DNA from: a virus
Taxonomy: Duplodnaviria; Caudoviricetes
DNA length: 45,567 bases
IMG/VR virus record: IMGVR_UViG_3300037590_000052
Span: 1 to 45,567 of that record
Strand: one strand, 5' to 3'
Part shown: piece after piece, positions 26,669-36,718 of the stretch
How the letters are laid out: each line of letters begins with the position of its first letter
Position numbering within the stretch: the stretch's first letter is position 1
Made by a program: the position numbers and the translations under genes
Notes under the pieces: generated by a model
The model's input: only the letters and a program-made list of their open reading frames with translations
What the model was told of the DNA's origin: nothing
Databases searched by the model: none

Positions 26669-29457
26669 CCTGTATCTCCAAAGTCCATTTCAACTGTGTA
26701 TCCGAGTATTGTTGCGGGTAGTGGATACTCTTGCCTCCCAACGAAATACTGAGACAGGCTCATCGTATCCGAAAGGAGAAGTTCTGTGATGTCGGTTATA
26801 AGGGCGATCTCCTCGCCCCAAGCCTCGTCAGTGCGCTCTTTCATTTCGACCAAGTAGTCGAAGCTGGTTCCAAACTTCATGCCCCGGGAGGATTGCAGGC
26901 GGGGGAATACGGTGTGGAGGCGCTTCGGTTTCCCGTTCACATTCAACTGGTTCGAAGTCAGCGGAAGCGAGGAGAAGTCGCAAACATAAGGCAAGCCGAC
27001 ATAAATCTTAGTAGCGGGGTGCTCGAGCGTTATCTTACCATTCGTAACGGTTACGTCGAGGTAGGCATTCCCATCCGCGCAGACAGAAACTGTTTCGCCC
27101 TCGAGGTGCCAAAGCCCCGATACTACCGTGGTCGGCGTGCCGATCTCCCAAGTCCGCGAAGCAGCAGGAGTCGGCAAGCCCCCTTCTTTTTGCGGAAGGA
27201 CATCCGATGCCGGTCGGAGCCATGTGCCAGTCGCTTCAAGCGAGGATAGAAGATTGTCAATTCGGAACTTTCCCCCTGCTACATAAATGATGTCACCAAT
27301 TTGGCTGGGCGAGAATACTGAGCCAGAAATGGTAGCAACGGCTTCACCGGACGCTCCATCGAATGTAAGAGAGCCGATGCCCTCACGCAAGCCGTACTTC
27401 AGCCCACAGTCCACTCCCCAATAATCCTCAACCAGATCATCTTTGCGCACCGGAACTCGCTCGACTACGTTGACATATTTCCCACGAAGATACCGGCGGA
27501 CGAGTTGGTACTTAGTCGGAACATCGTTCTCTCGAATGACCTCGGTGTCGAAGTAGTAACCTTGAGTCTCTTGCACTGCGAACGCGTAAACATCCTGATC
27601 CCGGATGTAGGTCATGGTCAACTCGCGCCCATCCGAGCGTGGCATGTAGATCGTGTTCGCCGGAAGCTGCGCGCTAACCATGCGAGTGATTTCTTTACTC
27701 GGCCCAATGAGATGGGAGGCGAGAATAGAAAGCTCTTGGAGTTTAAAGCTTTCGGTGTACTCCGTATAGAGCATTGCGTAAAGGGTTGTGGAGTCCTCGG
27801 TAGTGAATAGCACGTCGAGGTTATAAAGCAGCGGCGGGGTGTCCGAGACATCGACATAGAGCTGCGGCTCGGCAACAGCAGACCCGGCGTTAATTGCGCG
27901 ACCGGACTCGGCTAGGATTTGAGTAACCCCGTCGTCTGTAAAGATCAGCAAGCCATTCCGCAGCACTACAACATGCTTGATCGGCTTGACTGTAACTGAG
28001 TCAATGTCGAAGGTATAGGGGTCGTCTGCGCCCCCCGAGCCCGTATCGTAGTTGTCGAGCTCCTTCGGGCGCGATGCCCACAGCGTAACGGGAAAGGACT
28101 CCGACGCAAAGTAAATCCCACGGCGTTGAAAGATTTTAAACAGCTTCGGGTTAGTGCCCGCGTCCGGTCCAATCTCAACGTCGAAAGTGGCACCAGTCCC
28201 GCCGCTAGTGCCGATTGTAACTGTGACGGGGGCGGAGTACCCGCTACCTCCGTTTACAATGGAAATGCCGATTATGCTCCCGCTGTCCGAGACGATGGGA
28301 TAACCGTCAAATCCACTGCCCCCGCCACTAACTGAGACGGTATCGGACTTGGCGTAGCCACTCCCGCCTGCAGTTACCTCGATGAAAGTGATCGCCCCCT
28401 GCGCGAAAGGGTCAACCCGAGTGGGCGGCGCCTTCGTGAAATCAGGAGTGATGTTGTTGTCGTTGAATGTCGGGCCGAAGTTGTACCCGATGAAACCGAG
28501 TTGCTCGCCCTTCGTCACCTCAGCAGAACCTGGGACCAGCAGCGAGCGGTAGAAGTTATACCGGACCGCGCCCGGCACCGGATCGCACTCGATGTTGAGG
28601 TTGCCCTCGGTTACGGAATAATTTACAGAGGACTGCTCAAGCGCGTAGTCGCTAGGGAGGGATTCATTCCCATCCCGGTCAACCGCAGTTACAACAACCG
28701 CCACGCCAACATCCCCAGCTGCCGAAGGGGTTAGCGCCACATTTGTCGGGGCAGCCAATCCTTCCGAAACATTCACCACGTTCAGGTCCCAATCATTCGC
28801 GGCGTTAAAGGTGAGCACTCGACGCTTGTAGTCAACGCTTGTGATGCGGACTGTGTTGAGGTTCTGCTCGAAAGAAATGCTCGGCAAATCTTCCCCGGCG
28901 TAAGGGGTGTTGCGCTCGTAGACTTTCGTAACAGTGGCGGAAACCGAAGCGCCGCCCGTGCCGAGGAAGTTCACATCCGCCCCAAAGACATCAGTTACTT
29001 TGAAGTCATTTGCAGTGGCATTTTTGACGATGAGGTATTGCTGGTCGATCACGTCAGAGTCCGGTGCTTCAACGTAAATCCAATCCCCATTTGAGTAGCC
29101 GTGGGCGGCGTAGGTGAAGAGGATCGGGTTGTCGTCTGTCACCGTCATGTTGTAGGAGGCGTCCTCGAGGACATACCCGCCGTTTTGGATAACCCGCATG
29201 TAGCCATCTCCGAAGAGAAGCAAGGTGTCGGTTACAGTCCCGCGAAACCGAACAAGCTTCCCAACCTGATCGGCGTCTTTTGTGAGGCCAACGATCTCCG
29301 ACCCGACGCGGGTTTTAATACCGCCCTGCGGATCGACAATAAAGTTCAGGCACTTCCGCAGCCCAAGGTCGTACTTCGCGAGATCAGAGCGGTTTGCATA
29401 CGCGTCGGACACTTCGCCTGCGGTAAAGGCGTACTGGATTTTATCCTCAACTGCCAT
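26665..29457 (-). CDS. Tail tubular protein B / nozzle
   Basis: Start MAVEDKIQYAFTAGEVS...NFIVDPQGG; WHLEGETVSVCADG and VGLPY motifs; about 930 aa. Confidence 0.85.
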   Translation of the reverse strand: MAVEDKIQYAFTAGEVSDAYANRSDLAKYDLGLRKCLNFIVDPQGGIKTRVGSEIVGLTKDADQVGKLVRFRGTVTDTLLLFGDGYMRVIQNGGYVLEDASYNMTVTDDNPILFTYAAHGYSNGDWIYVEAPDSDVIDQQYLIVKNATANDFKVTDVFGADVNFLGTGGASVSATVTKVYERNTPYAGEDLPSISFEQNLNTVRITSVDYKRRVLTFNAANDWDLNVVNVSEGLAAPTNVALTPSAAGDVGVAVVVTAVDRDGNESLPSDYALEQSSVNYSVTEGNLNIECDPVPGAVRYNFYRSLLVPGSAEVTKGEQLGFIGYNFGPTFNDNNITPDFTKAPPTRVDPFAQGAITFIEVTAGGSGYAKSDTVSVSGGGSGFDGYPIVSDSGSIIGISIVNGGSGYSAPVTVTIGTSGGTGATFDVEIGPDAGTNPKLFKIFQRRGIYFASESFPVTLWASRPKELDNYDTGSGGADDPYTFDIDSVTVKPIKHVVVLRNGLLIFTDDGVTQILAESGRAINAGSAVAEPQLYVDVSDTPPLLYNLDVLFTTEDSTTLYAMLYTEYTESFKLQELSILASHLIGPSKEITRMVSAQLPANTIYMPRSDGRELTMTYIRDQDVYAFAVQETQGYYFDTEVIRENDVPTKYQLVRRYLRGKYVNVVERVPVRKDDLVEDYWGVDCGLKYGLREGIGSLTFDGASGEAVATISGSVFSPSQIGDIIYVAGGKFRIDNLLSSLEATGTWLRPASDVLPQKEGGLPTPAASRTWEIGTPTTVVSGLWHLEGETVSVCADGNAYLDVTVTNGKITLEHPATKIYVGLPYVCDFSSLPLTSNQLNVNGKPKRLHTVFPRLQSSRGMKFGTSFDYLVEMKERTDEAWGEEIALITDITELLLSDTMSLSQYFVGRQEYPLPATILGYTVEMDFGDTG

Positions 29458-30124
29458 TGTAGAAATCCCCATCACGATCGGTAAAGGAGTTGAAGAATAC
29501 TTCCTGACGGGCGGGGCCTTCGTACCCACGAGCGGCAATCGCTTCCGGGAGCGCATCGACTTGGAACTCAGCTTGATTGGCCGCTTCTTCCCGCGCAGCG
29601 TTGATGAACTCAAACGCTTCTTCACGGAGGCGATCCCGGCTGCCAAGTTTCGCGTTGACCTGGCTCACAATGTTGAAAGCGAGCATGCGGAAAACCGCTT
29701 GCTGGAAACCGTTGTCCCAATAGGAAACTACGGGCTGGTCAACCACATAGCGGAGGATTGCGTTCTCGGTGTTGGTCATGAGGGAAGGAACTCCGCTGTG
29801 AAGGCCGAGCTCATACTTCCCAAAACCCATGATGTAGAAGGGAGCGACGTGATTGGAAGGGAGGGAATACGCGTAACGCCAATTCGGCCCAGGGTCGCCG
29901 GGCGCCCAAGCCTGCCCAAAGTCCCGCTCAGCCTTAACTGCAAGCTGCGCCCAATCGAGCGCACAGGGCCAAGGAGCGAGCTTGTTCACATGAAGGCGGG
30001 TGGTATCGTACCACTGGCGGCAAATGTTTGCTTGGGTAGAGTTTTCTGTCTCGGAGGAAATACGGCCTGTTGTGCCACACGCCCCGAGGGCCAGGTTCCA
30101 GATTTCAATTTTGGTGGTGGCCAT
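29447..30124 (-). CDS. Tail tubular protein A / adaptor
   Basis: IEIWNLALGACG, WRYAYSLP, WDNGF motifs; position. Confidence 0.8.
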   Translation of the reverse strand: MATTKIEIWNLALGACGTTGRISSETENSTQANICRQWYDTTRLHVNKLAPWPCALDWAQLAVKAERDFGQAWAPGDPGPNWRYAYSLPSNHVAPFYIMGFGKYELGLHSGVPSLMTNTENAILRYVVDQPVVSYWDNGFQQAVFRMLAFNIVSQVNAKLGSRDRLREEAFEFINAAREEAANQAEFQVDALPEAIAARGYEGPARQEVFFNSFTDRDGDFYNGS

Positions 30125-30140
30125 CTATCTTTCCTTCGGT

Positions 30141-30177
30141 AAAAGGTGGGGGAGTGTCGTTCCCATAACACTCCCCC
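30141..30177 (-). terminator. Rho-independent terminator after the head genes
   Basis: GGGGGAGTGT / ACACTCCCCC stem with a T-run on the - strand. Confidence 0.65.
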
Positions 30178-30213
30178 GTAACTAACAGCGGCTGCCCTCG
30201 CTGCTAGTATGCT

Positions 30214-30687
30214 TTAGCCCAGGTACTTCGCGGACTGCGGAGCCTCGCCCTCGGCAAAAGTCAGCACGGTTCCGATTTCGACACGGCGCGAGCCATTCCA
30301 CAGCGCATTGGTCAGGCGATACTTCCCGGCCGGGCGGGGCTTCTTGACCGGCGGCGGCGCTTTGTTCTGGGACAGCGTTTGCACGACTTTGTTGAGATGT
30401 TCGATCTGGGCAAGTGCCTCTGCGAGGGCGTTGTTCAACTGCTCGAAAGCAGTCGCATCATTGGAGGTGGGCACTTCATCAGACGAAATGTCCGAAGCCT
30501 TGGCGGCGTCTTTCACATCCTTCGTCAACTCTTCAGCAGTTTTCGCGGCAGCGTCGTCGGCGGCTTTCTGCATGTTGGTCTGGGTTGCGGGTGCGTTGTC
30601 GTTGAGGTCTTTGAAGGTATCGGGGGATTTTGCTTCCCCCGACCCTTTCACCTCAGCCGACTGTTTGGTGGCTGATTGCTTGGTCAT
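30214..30687 (-). CDS. Hypothetical head-module protein
   Basis: AGGAGG RBS; low-complexity N-terminus, coiled coil, short C-terminal domain. Confidence 0.7.
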   Translation of the reverse strand: MTKQSATKQSAEVKGSGEAKSPDTFKDLNDNAPATQTNMQKAADDAAAKTAEELTKDVKDAAKASDISSDEVPTSNDATAFEQLNNALAEALAQIEHLNKVVQTLSQNKAPPPVKKPRPAGKYRLTNALWNGSRRVEIGTVLTFAEGEAPQSAKYLG

Positions 30688-30701
30688 ATCAGGGCGCCTC
30701 C

Positions 30702-31163
30702 TTAAACGCCGTCGTATTCAGGGTAGTGACGGTTGTTCTGCACCGTCGGCGTCAGGAAAGCGTCGATCGTGCCGCCGGTGAAAACCTCACCCCCGACGAT
30801 CAGCTTGATCCCGACATAGCGCTCATAGGCGGGGTCCTCCATCGGGAGCGCCACCGCGCAGATACGCTTACCTGCAACAGCCGCCGCTTCGGCCACCTCG
30901 CCGGAAACGAAGTGGACAGTTGCGGTTGCGGGGTTGGGCGGGTTCTGGGCGTCGGAGATCAGCGCAACCTGGATCGAAGCCCCGTTCGTCGCGGACACGA
31001 GGTCCTCGGTGACACTTGCGACAAAGTACAGCATATTCATGTTGCCAATGTCGCGGACATCGCGGATGTCCATAACGTCACCTGCGGCGTAACCGGCGGC
31101 GACAGTGCCCGCGGTGATAACCGAGAGCCCTTCGCCAAACATGGAAAGTTTATCTGTGATCAT
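30702..31163 (-). CDS. Capsid cement/decoration protein (BPP-1 Bbp16-like)
   Basis: MITDKL start, YERYVGI..GGTIDAFLT motif; directly after the capsid gene. Confidence 0.75.
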   Translation of the reverse strand: MITDKLSMFGEGLSVITAGTVAAGYAAGDVMDIRDVRDIGNMNMLYFVASVTEDLVSATNGASIQVALISDAQNPPNPATATVHFVSGEVAEAAAVAGKRICAVALPMEDPAYERYVGIKLIVGGEVFTGGTIDAFLTPTVQNNRHYPEYDGV

Positions 31164-31174
31164 TGGAGGCCTCC

Positions 31175-32173
31175 TTACACGACCCGTGTTTCATCGACCT
31201 GCAGCGCATCCGTGCGGCTGATCGGGATTTCGTCAAACGCCATGACACGCTTGCCGCCCACCATGTCGGTGGTGAGGGTGGAATTGGAAACACCCTTGGC
31301 AACCTGCTGGCGAAGTTTGGTGCGGACTTTCCGGTCCATGTAGAACGAGAAGTTTGCCGCGCCGAGGTTCGGCACACGCTCCGTCGCCTCGAACATGAGG
31401 TCGGGGAGGTTCGCGCCGGTGGACGCGTCGGGGGTCAGCAGGCTGCGGTCGATGTTGCAGATGCGAACAACATAGCGCCAGTCACGGAGGGTCAAACCGA
31501 ACTTCCACTTGTAGTGGGTGCGGTAGGCTTCCATGCGACCCTGCTGCCCATCGACGTTCTCGATGGTAACCTGGCCCTTGTCCTCCTGCTCGATCCCAGC
31601 TTTGGAGCCTTTGGGATAGATGCCGTGACAAGTGGTCTGTCCCCAGCCGATAAGCCAGATGGAGGCGTTGTCCGTTCCGGTGCCGCCAGCGTCAATGATG
31701 TTGTCCGCGGTCTCGGCAGACAGGTCATTGTACCGCGGGTTGAGGCCGGTGAACTTCTCGGACTCGATCGAGTCGTCAGCGGAGAAAAGATTGTTCGCCA
31801 TGTCCTGAGACATGCCTTCCATGAACGGCTTTTCTTCCTGCAAGCGCCATGCAGCCGAGTTGCCGTTGAGGTTTGCGGCCTCGACGTCGATCTCGGAATA
31901 GGCTTCCATCATACCGATCGAATCGGTGATGGACGCGGAGGTCGATTTGGTCGGCTGAACACCGCCATAGAGACGACGCCAGGTGGGCTGCGGCAGGCCG
32001 GTGCGGATGGTGGTTTTGTGCCCGGTTGCCAGGTTGCCCTCGACCATAACCATGTGGTTGAGGATTTCGTTGGTTTCGTTCAGGATCTCAACGATGTCAG
32101 CGATGCTGCCGTCGGGATCAGTGACCTGTGCGATGTCAAGCAGTGTCGGCCACTTCGTTTCAAGTACAGCCAT
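31175..32173 (-). CDS. Major capsid protein (BPP-1 Bbp17-like)
   Basis: EILNETNEIL, RTGLPQPTWR, SIWLIGWG, DWRYVVRICNID motifs; 332 aa. Confidence 0.92.
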   Translation of the reverse strand: MAVLETKWPTLLDIAQVTDPDGSIADIVEILNETNEILNHMVMVEGNLATGHKTTIRTGLPQPTWRRLYGGVQPTKSTSASITDSIGMMEAYSEIDVEAANLNGNSAAWRLQEEKPFMEGMSQDMANNLFSADDSIESEKFTGLNPRYNDLSAETADNIIDAGGTGTDNASIWLIGWGQTTCHGIYPKGSKAGIEQEDKGQVTIENVDGQQGRMEAYRTHYKWKFGLTLRDWRYVVRICNIDRSLLTPDASTGANLPDLMFEATERVPNLGAANFSFYMDRKVRTKLRQQVAKGVSNSTLTTDMVGGKRVMAFDEIPISRTDALQVDETRVV

Positions 32174-32176
32174 GGG

Positions 32177-32902
32177 TTAGTCCTTTTTGGCCATCGAGGG
32201 GTACAGGCGTGCCGCCCGGTCCTCTGGAGTGGATGGTGCTTCCCCGGTCTTTGGAGGTTGTTCGAGGAAAGGTTGAACCAGCTTGTGTGCCAGCTGGATG
32301 AAGTGCGGATTATCACCAAGGCCAGTCGCATCAAGGGCGTCATAAACCTCTTGACCTGCGCCAGCAGCATCGAAACCGCTTTTAATGGAAGCGAGTGTTG
32401 CGTCGAACTTTTCGCCTCCAATCTCGGGGAGCGCTTTGGCCGCAGTGTGCCATTCGCTCCGTGTTTTGTTCCAGTCGTCAGTCAGCTGCTGGACGGTGTT
32501 GGTCACTGCATCCTTGTGCATTTCCAGCATCTTGCCGACGAGTTCTTGTTTGGAAAGGTTTTCGTCGTTGAGCATCTCGACAAAAGCCGCGCCTTCCTCT
32601 TCGCCAAACTCCATCCCCTCGGGGAGGGTGATGTCCTCAAGCTTGATTGGCTCGGGAGGAGTTTCTTCCCCTTTCGGAGGATCAGCGGGGTCGGCGGGAT
32701 CAGGCTTGGGGTCGTTCCCCTCGTCGGGCTTTGGATCTGCCCCGGAAATCAGCGACTTGTCCGAGGGCGCGGGGTCAGCCGGAGCCGGGTCAGCAGGGGG
32801 CGTGGCTGGTTCGCCGCCGCCTGCCGCAGGTTCACCAGGCTCTTCGCGGAACGCCATCGCGAGGGGCTGGAGGAAGGAAAAGAATGGGTTGGTGCGGTAC
32901 AT
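32177..32902 (-). CDS. Capsid scaffolding protein
   Basis: Pro/Asp-rich N-terminus, GLGDNP motif, C-terminal AARLYP; precedes the capsid gene. Confidence 0.8.
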   Translation of the reverse strand: MYRTNPFFSFLQPLAMAFREEPGEPAAGGGEPATPPADPAPADPAPSDKSLISGADPKPDEGNDPKPDPADPADPPKGEETPPEPIKLEDITLPEGMEFGEEEGAAFVEMLNDENLSKQELVGKMLEMHKDAVTNTVQQLTDDWNKTRSEWHTAAKALPEIGGEKFDATLASIKSGFDAAGAGQEVYDALDATGLGDNPHFIQLAHKLVQPFLEQPPKTGEAPSTPEDRAARLYPSMAKKD

Positions 32903-32928
32903 CAGGTTGCTCCTTTGCGGGTATGGGT

Positions 32929-32957
32929 AGGATACGGGTTCAGGGATTGGATGTCAA
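32929..32957 (-). promoter_or_regulatory. Sigma70-type promoter for scaffold/capsid genes
   Basis: TTGACA-N17-TATCCT on the - strand. Confidence 0.75.
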
Positions 32958-32967
32958 GAGACTAGAT

Positions 32968-33000
32968 GTATGGCCCATTGCGCTGTGGGACGGGCCATAC
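32968..33000. promoter_or_regulatory. 33-bp dyad site, copy 4
   Basis: GTATGGCCCATTGC-GCTGT-GGGACGGGCCATAC, 10 bp upstream of the -35 box. Confidence 0.85.
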
Positions 33001-33008
33001 AATACTGC

Positions 33009-33287
33009 TTACTCTTTTTCATTGCCCCCGGTCTCAAGGAGGTAATTGATCCGGGAGAGTTGCAGCTCGTGGTACAGGGTTGGGTCGTAGTTTTCGAGAA
33101 GCCCTTTAACCTCCAGCCCGGCATCGCGGTAGCCGAGTACGCGTTGCGCCTCCCCGCCGTCAGTCGGCGTTGTGTTGTAAAGGCCGGTGAGCTCGAAAAA
33201 GTTTTGCATGAAGAATTGGAGGGCGGGCCGTTCCCGAATGAGGTCGATGGCCTCCTCCATCCATACTTCCTCTTGAGTCTTTGACAT
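33009..33287 (-). CDS. Small head-module protein (Bbp19-like position)
   Basis: GGAGG RBS; 92 aa between portal and scaffold; GYRDAGL motif. Confidence 0.65.
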   Translation of the reverse strand: MSKTQEEVWMEEAIDLIRERPALQFFMQNFFELTGLYNTTPTDGGEAQRVLGYRDAGLEVKGLLENYDPTLYHELQLSRINYLLETGGNEKE

Positions 33288-33290
33288 GGC

Positions 33291-34958
33291 TTACCCTCCA
33301 AGCAGTGCGGCGACAGCGTTTTGCCCGCCGCCGACATCGACCGAACCTGCGGCTTGCGCAGCACCCGCGAGGTCTTTCGACACCGCAGCTGTTTCGGCGA
33401 GTTGTTGATTTTGCGCGTCGGCTTCGTTGGCCTGGGCTACCTCTTCGGCGGAGAAGAGAGACTCCGGCTTGGTGCCGATGCCTTCGGCGTAGTCGCGGAT
33501 GAGTTGCTCGACGTTGGGGATATTTTTCGCCGAGGGCCAGATAGCCGTGACCTGCGCCACAGTTGCAAGAAGCCGCTCGATCGGAACAGTGCCAACAGCG
33601 CGTTGTGCGTCCGCGAGTACGGAAACATATTGCACGTCGATCTGACGGCCGTCGAGTTCTTCAGGGGGCTCGGGGAGAAGTCCAGCCCGATCACAGATGG
33701 CGAACACCCGTTTGAGTGCGGGGTTGAGTCCCTCGTTCTCGAAACGTTCGAGTACCGGCCCGAGGTGGACAAGCTTCTCTTCCCGCCGCGCGTCGATCTC
33801 GGTAGCAGAGCGGACAGTCTCGAGGTTCGAGATCATGTTGAAGAGGTTGTTGTGGCACGTTTCGCGAATACGCTGCTCGAGGGCCTGGATGTCGATGGCG
33901 ACCTCTTGGAAGGGGAAGCGCATGTCGTAGGCCTTCTTCGCACCGAAGTTGGAGGACAGCGCGTTGGCGTAGGTGATGCCGCCAGAGTGGAGCGCCTTTG
34001 GCCGGTTGCGCAACTGCTGATCGACGATGAGTGGGGGCTTGAGTTCTTTCTGCCGCCCCTTCGCCTTGTCGAGGGTGATGCTTTGGAGTTCGATCGCGTC
34101 GCCTAGTGCGTCCATTGCAGGGGAGGTGCCGTAGGCGTCGCCGGAGTGGAGTTCCCAGCGCGGAGTTACGAGGGGCCACTCGCGCACGGGAGATACTTGG
34201 AGGACCTCGCCATCCTCGGCTTTGTCGAGCCAATAGACTTCCCGCCACTTCGCAGGGACTTTGAGGAGTCCGTCGTCGCGGTTTACCTCGACCATGTGCA
34301 CGACAACGTGGAGGTTGAGTAGCTGCGGCCCGCCGTTTTCGTACTGGAGGCGGATGTGGAGGGGGAGGTTCTCCTTCCCAAACTTCTTCGCGAGGTTCTC
34401 GGTCGAGTCTGCGTACTTTCGCGCGAGTCGGTTGACCCGGCCCGTGTCGTCTTGGGAGATGTAGAACTCGCCAATCGCATAGTTGTAGCAGCGGATGACA
34501 TCGTCGAAGTCCTCGTAGATGCCCATAGCGGCAGTGCCGAAGGTGCACCACTCGAGATACATCGCGGCCATCGAGTTGTAGAAGTTCGACTCGGCCAAGA
34601 CCTGCATCATGATGCGCTCGACTTCGGAGAGGTAGACCTTTGCCGATTGAGAGAGCTGGTCCTCGGGAAGGCCGGTCAGGCGAAGGCGGAACCACGGACG
34701 GGCGGGAGAGGTGATCCCATTCATCATGCCCGAGGCAAGCGTGCGCACCGCAAGCGTGGTGGTGGAGTTGAGGATTTTCCGATTGCGCGCAGTCGCGGCT
34801 TTGGAGCGTTGCTCGGCGGCAGAGCGGAGATAAGGCGCCCGGCGAGGGAGGAAGTAATCCGCCACCTCCCGCCAGTGTGTGAACCAAGGCGTCCGCGTAG
34901 TGTGCATGGAGACCATTTGGCGTTTGAGGCCCTGATGGGCGGCGGTGTTGACTTTCAC
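33291..34958 (-). CDS. Portal (head-to-tail connector) protein
   Basis: LASGMMNGITSPARPWF, FGTAAM, YGTSPAMDALGD, SATEIDARREEK...LGPVLER. Confidence 0.92.
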   Translation of the reverse strand: MKVNTAAHQGLKRQMVSMHTTRTPWFTHWREVADYFLPRRAPYLRSAAEQRSKAATARNRKILNSTTTLAVRTLASGMMNGITSPARPWFRLRLTGLPEDQLSQSAKVYLSEVERIMMQVLAESNFYNSMAAMYLEWCTFGTAAMGIYEDFDDVIRCYNYAIGEFYISQDDTGRVNRLARKYADSTENLAKKFGKENLPLHIRLQYENGGPQLLNLHVVVHMVEVNRDDGLLKVPAKWREVYWLDKAEDGEVLQVSPVREWPLVTPRWELHSGDAYGTSPAMDALGDAIELQSITLDKAKGRQKELKPPLIVDQQLRNRPKALHSGGITYANALSSNFGAKKAYDMRFPFQEVAIDIQALEQRIRETCHNNLFNMISNLETVRSATEIDARREEKLVHLGPVLERFENEGLNPALKRVFAICDRAGLLPEPPEELDGRQIDVQYVSVLADAQRAVGTVPIERLLATVAQVTAIWPSAKNIPNVEQLIRDYAEGIGTKPESLFSAEEVAQANEADAQNQQLAETAAVSKDLAGAAQAAGSVDVGGGQNAVAALLGG

Positions 34959-35137
34959 GACGTGCTCCCAAGCAGGCTGGGCCGACCGGTTTTCGGCAAA
35001 TTGGTGACGCCGACAGTCGGGGAAATGGACCGGGTTGAGGAACCAGGCTGAGGCTGCGACGTGCCGCGCGTTATGAACGAGGCTTGTGTAGGCGCAAAGG
35101 CTGCAGGGGGCGGGGCGGTTACTTGAGGGCGTTTCAT
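34955..35137 (-). CDS. Small hypothetical protein
   Basis: 60 aa ending SLLG, between TerL and portal; GGAGG RBS. Confidence 0.6.
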   Translation of the reverse strand: MKRPQVTAPPPAAFAPTQASFITRGTSQPQPGSSTRSISPTVGVTNLPKTGRPSLLGSTS

Positions 35138-36718
35138 TTAATAGTCCTCCAAATCTTCGTGAGGGTTGGGTTCGTCGTAGGCTTCTTCGTCAGCGCCGGG
35201 CCCAAATGGCGTTACGACGATCTGGTCGAGGAAGCTAAAGGCAAGGGAGCAAGCGAGCGCATCGGTGGCGTCGGGCGATTTTTCCCCACGGCGCTTGAGG
35301 TCTCGCTTGGCCTCGAGTTGGATTACATCCTCCTTGGAGTAGGTGTAGGTGGTTACAGACATCTCGGTAGGCAGGGACTGCTCGATCATGGGAATTTCTT
35401 CCGGGATGCAGCCTACCTTGAGCCAATCGCGGAGTGCGCCGTAGATGCCTGCGCGTTTGTTGAGGTACTTGAGGGAAGAGGCGTCGGCGCCGTAGCCCTC
35501 GCGATCGTCTTTTGAGCCGAATGATACCTCGTAGACGGGGAGTCCCATGGCGAGTAGGTTATCGAACACCGCGGCCCCGAAGCTGCCGGTGTCGATGCAG
35601 ATTGCGGAAGCGTTGAGTTCATTGTAGGCGCGAACAATCTCGGCGGTAAGTTGGACGGTTGAGAGCCCTTGGAATACGCGGGGTTGGAGGGTCCGGGCGT
35701 CGCGTCCTTTGCGTGGGTAGATGACTGATTTGTCGTCGCCGTAGCGGGCGCAGTCAACGCCGAGGACGATCGGGGCAGAATTGCCTTCGGGGAGTTTCCG
35801 CTTGGTTGCTTCGAGGGCGAGCTCGTAGGAGATGAAGGAGGCGGCGTCGACTCGGGGGAACACGCCGCGCACACGAACGCGAACGAAGTCGTGGTCGAGC
35901 CCGTAGTCCTCGATCCAGCGCTCGATCTGCTTGTGGTTGGAGAAAGAGACTTCGCGGGAGTCGATTGCGCGAGACTTCCAACGCTTTTCGAAACGCCCGC
36001 CGGGGAAGCACTCGCGGAAACGGCCGGAGGATTTAGTCGGGTTGCCGAAGCACACCCAGAAGATTTGCGTGTTCTTGTCGGTAAGCGCGCCTTCGGTGGT
36101 CTCCCAGATGAGGTCGTGGATGGCCGAGGCCTCGTCGAATATGATGAGGATACGCTTGCCTTGGTTGTGGAGGCCCGCGAAGGCTTCCATGTTCTTCTCA
36201 CTCCACGGCACCATGTCGATGCGCCAGGTCTTTTCGTGGTTGGGATCGGCGGAGAAGAGGGCGGTGGCGGTCATTTTGAAAAGCTCACGCCCGATGAACA
36301 GGCGGAACCATTTGGCGACCTCGGCCCAGGTTTTTGTTTTGAGCTGGTTCTCGGTGTTGGCGGTAACAACGCCTTTGGTGTCCTCGAAGGTGGACATTGC
36401 CCAGAGGATGATCCAAGCCACGCAGGCTGATTTACCAATACCGTGGCCAGAACAGCGGGCGAGTTGGACGGGCGCGGACTCGACATCGTTGCCGTACGCC
36501 ATAGCCTGCGCAATCGCTTCTTCGGCGGAAAGAGCACCGGCACCAAGTTGGAGGAGGAGTTCTACCTGCCACTCTTCAGGGCCGGAGTACTTTTCCAAAT
36601 CGGTGCCGGGCTCGCCCCACGGAAATGCCCAAAGAACCCAACCCAGCGCGTCGGAGGAGAAACTCGCTAGGTCGAGGAGGAGGGCTTCCTGTGGATCGTC
36701 AATCTTATCAAGCATCAT
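35138..36718 (-). CDS. terL: Terminase large subunit
   Basis: Walker A SGHGIGKS, Walker B IIFDEAS, FGNPT, nuclease GVDCARYGDD and SPDATDAL. Confidence 0.93.
   Translation of the reverse strand: MMLDKIDDPQEALLLDLASFSSDALGWVLWAFPWGEPGTDLEKYSGPEEWQVELLLQLGAGALSAEEAIAQAMAYGNDVESAPVQLARCSGHGIGKSACVAWIILWAMSTFEDTKGVVTANTENQLKTKTWAEVAKWFRLFIGRELFKMTATALFSADPNHEKTWRIDMVPWSEKNMEAFAGLHNQGKRILIIFDEASAIHDLIWETTEGALTDKNTQIFWVCFGNPTKSSGRFRECFPGGRFEKRWKSRAIDSREVSFSNHKQIERWIEDYGLDHDFVRVRVRGVFPRVDAASFISYELALEATKRKLPEGNSAPIVLGVDCARYGDDKSVIYPRKGRDARTLQPRVFQGLSTVQLTAEIVRAYNELNASAICIDTGSFGAAVFDNLLAMGLPVYEVSFGSKDDREGYGADASSLKYLNKRAGIYGALRDWLKVGCIPEEIPMIEQSLPTEMSVTTYTYSKEDVIQLEAKRDLKRRGEKSPDATDALACSLAFSFLDQIVVTPFGPGADEEAYDEPNPHEDLEDY

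Noticed and set aside
31164-31200. T7-like programmed frameshift extending the capsid protein
   Set aside because: No slippery heptamer near the stop, and the next gene has its own AGGAGG RBS
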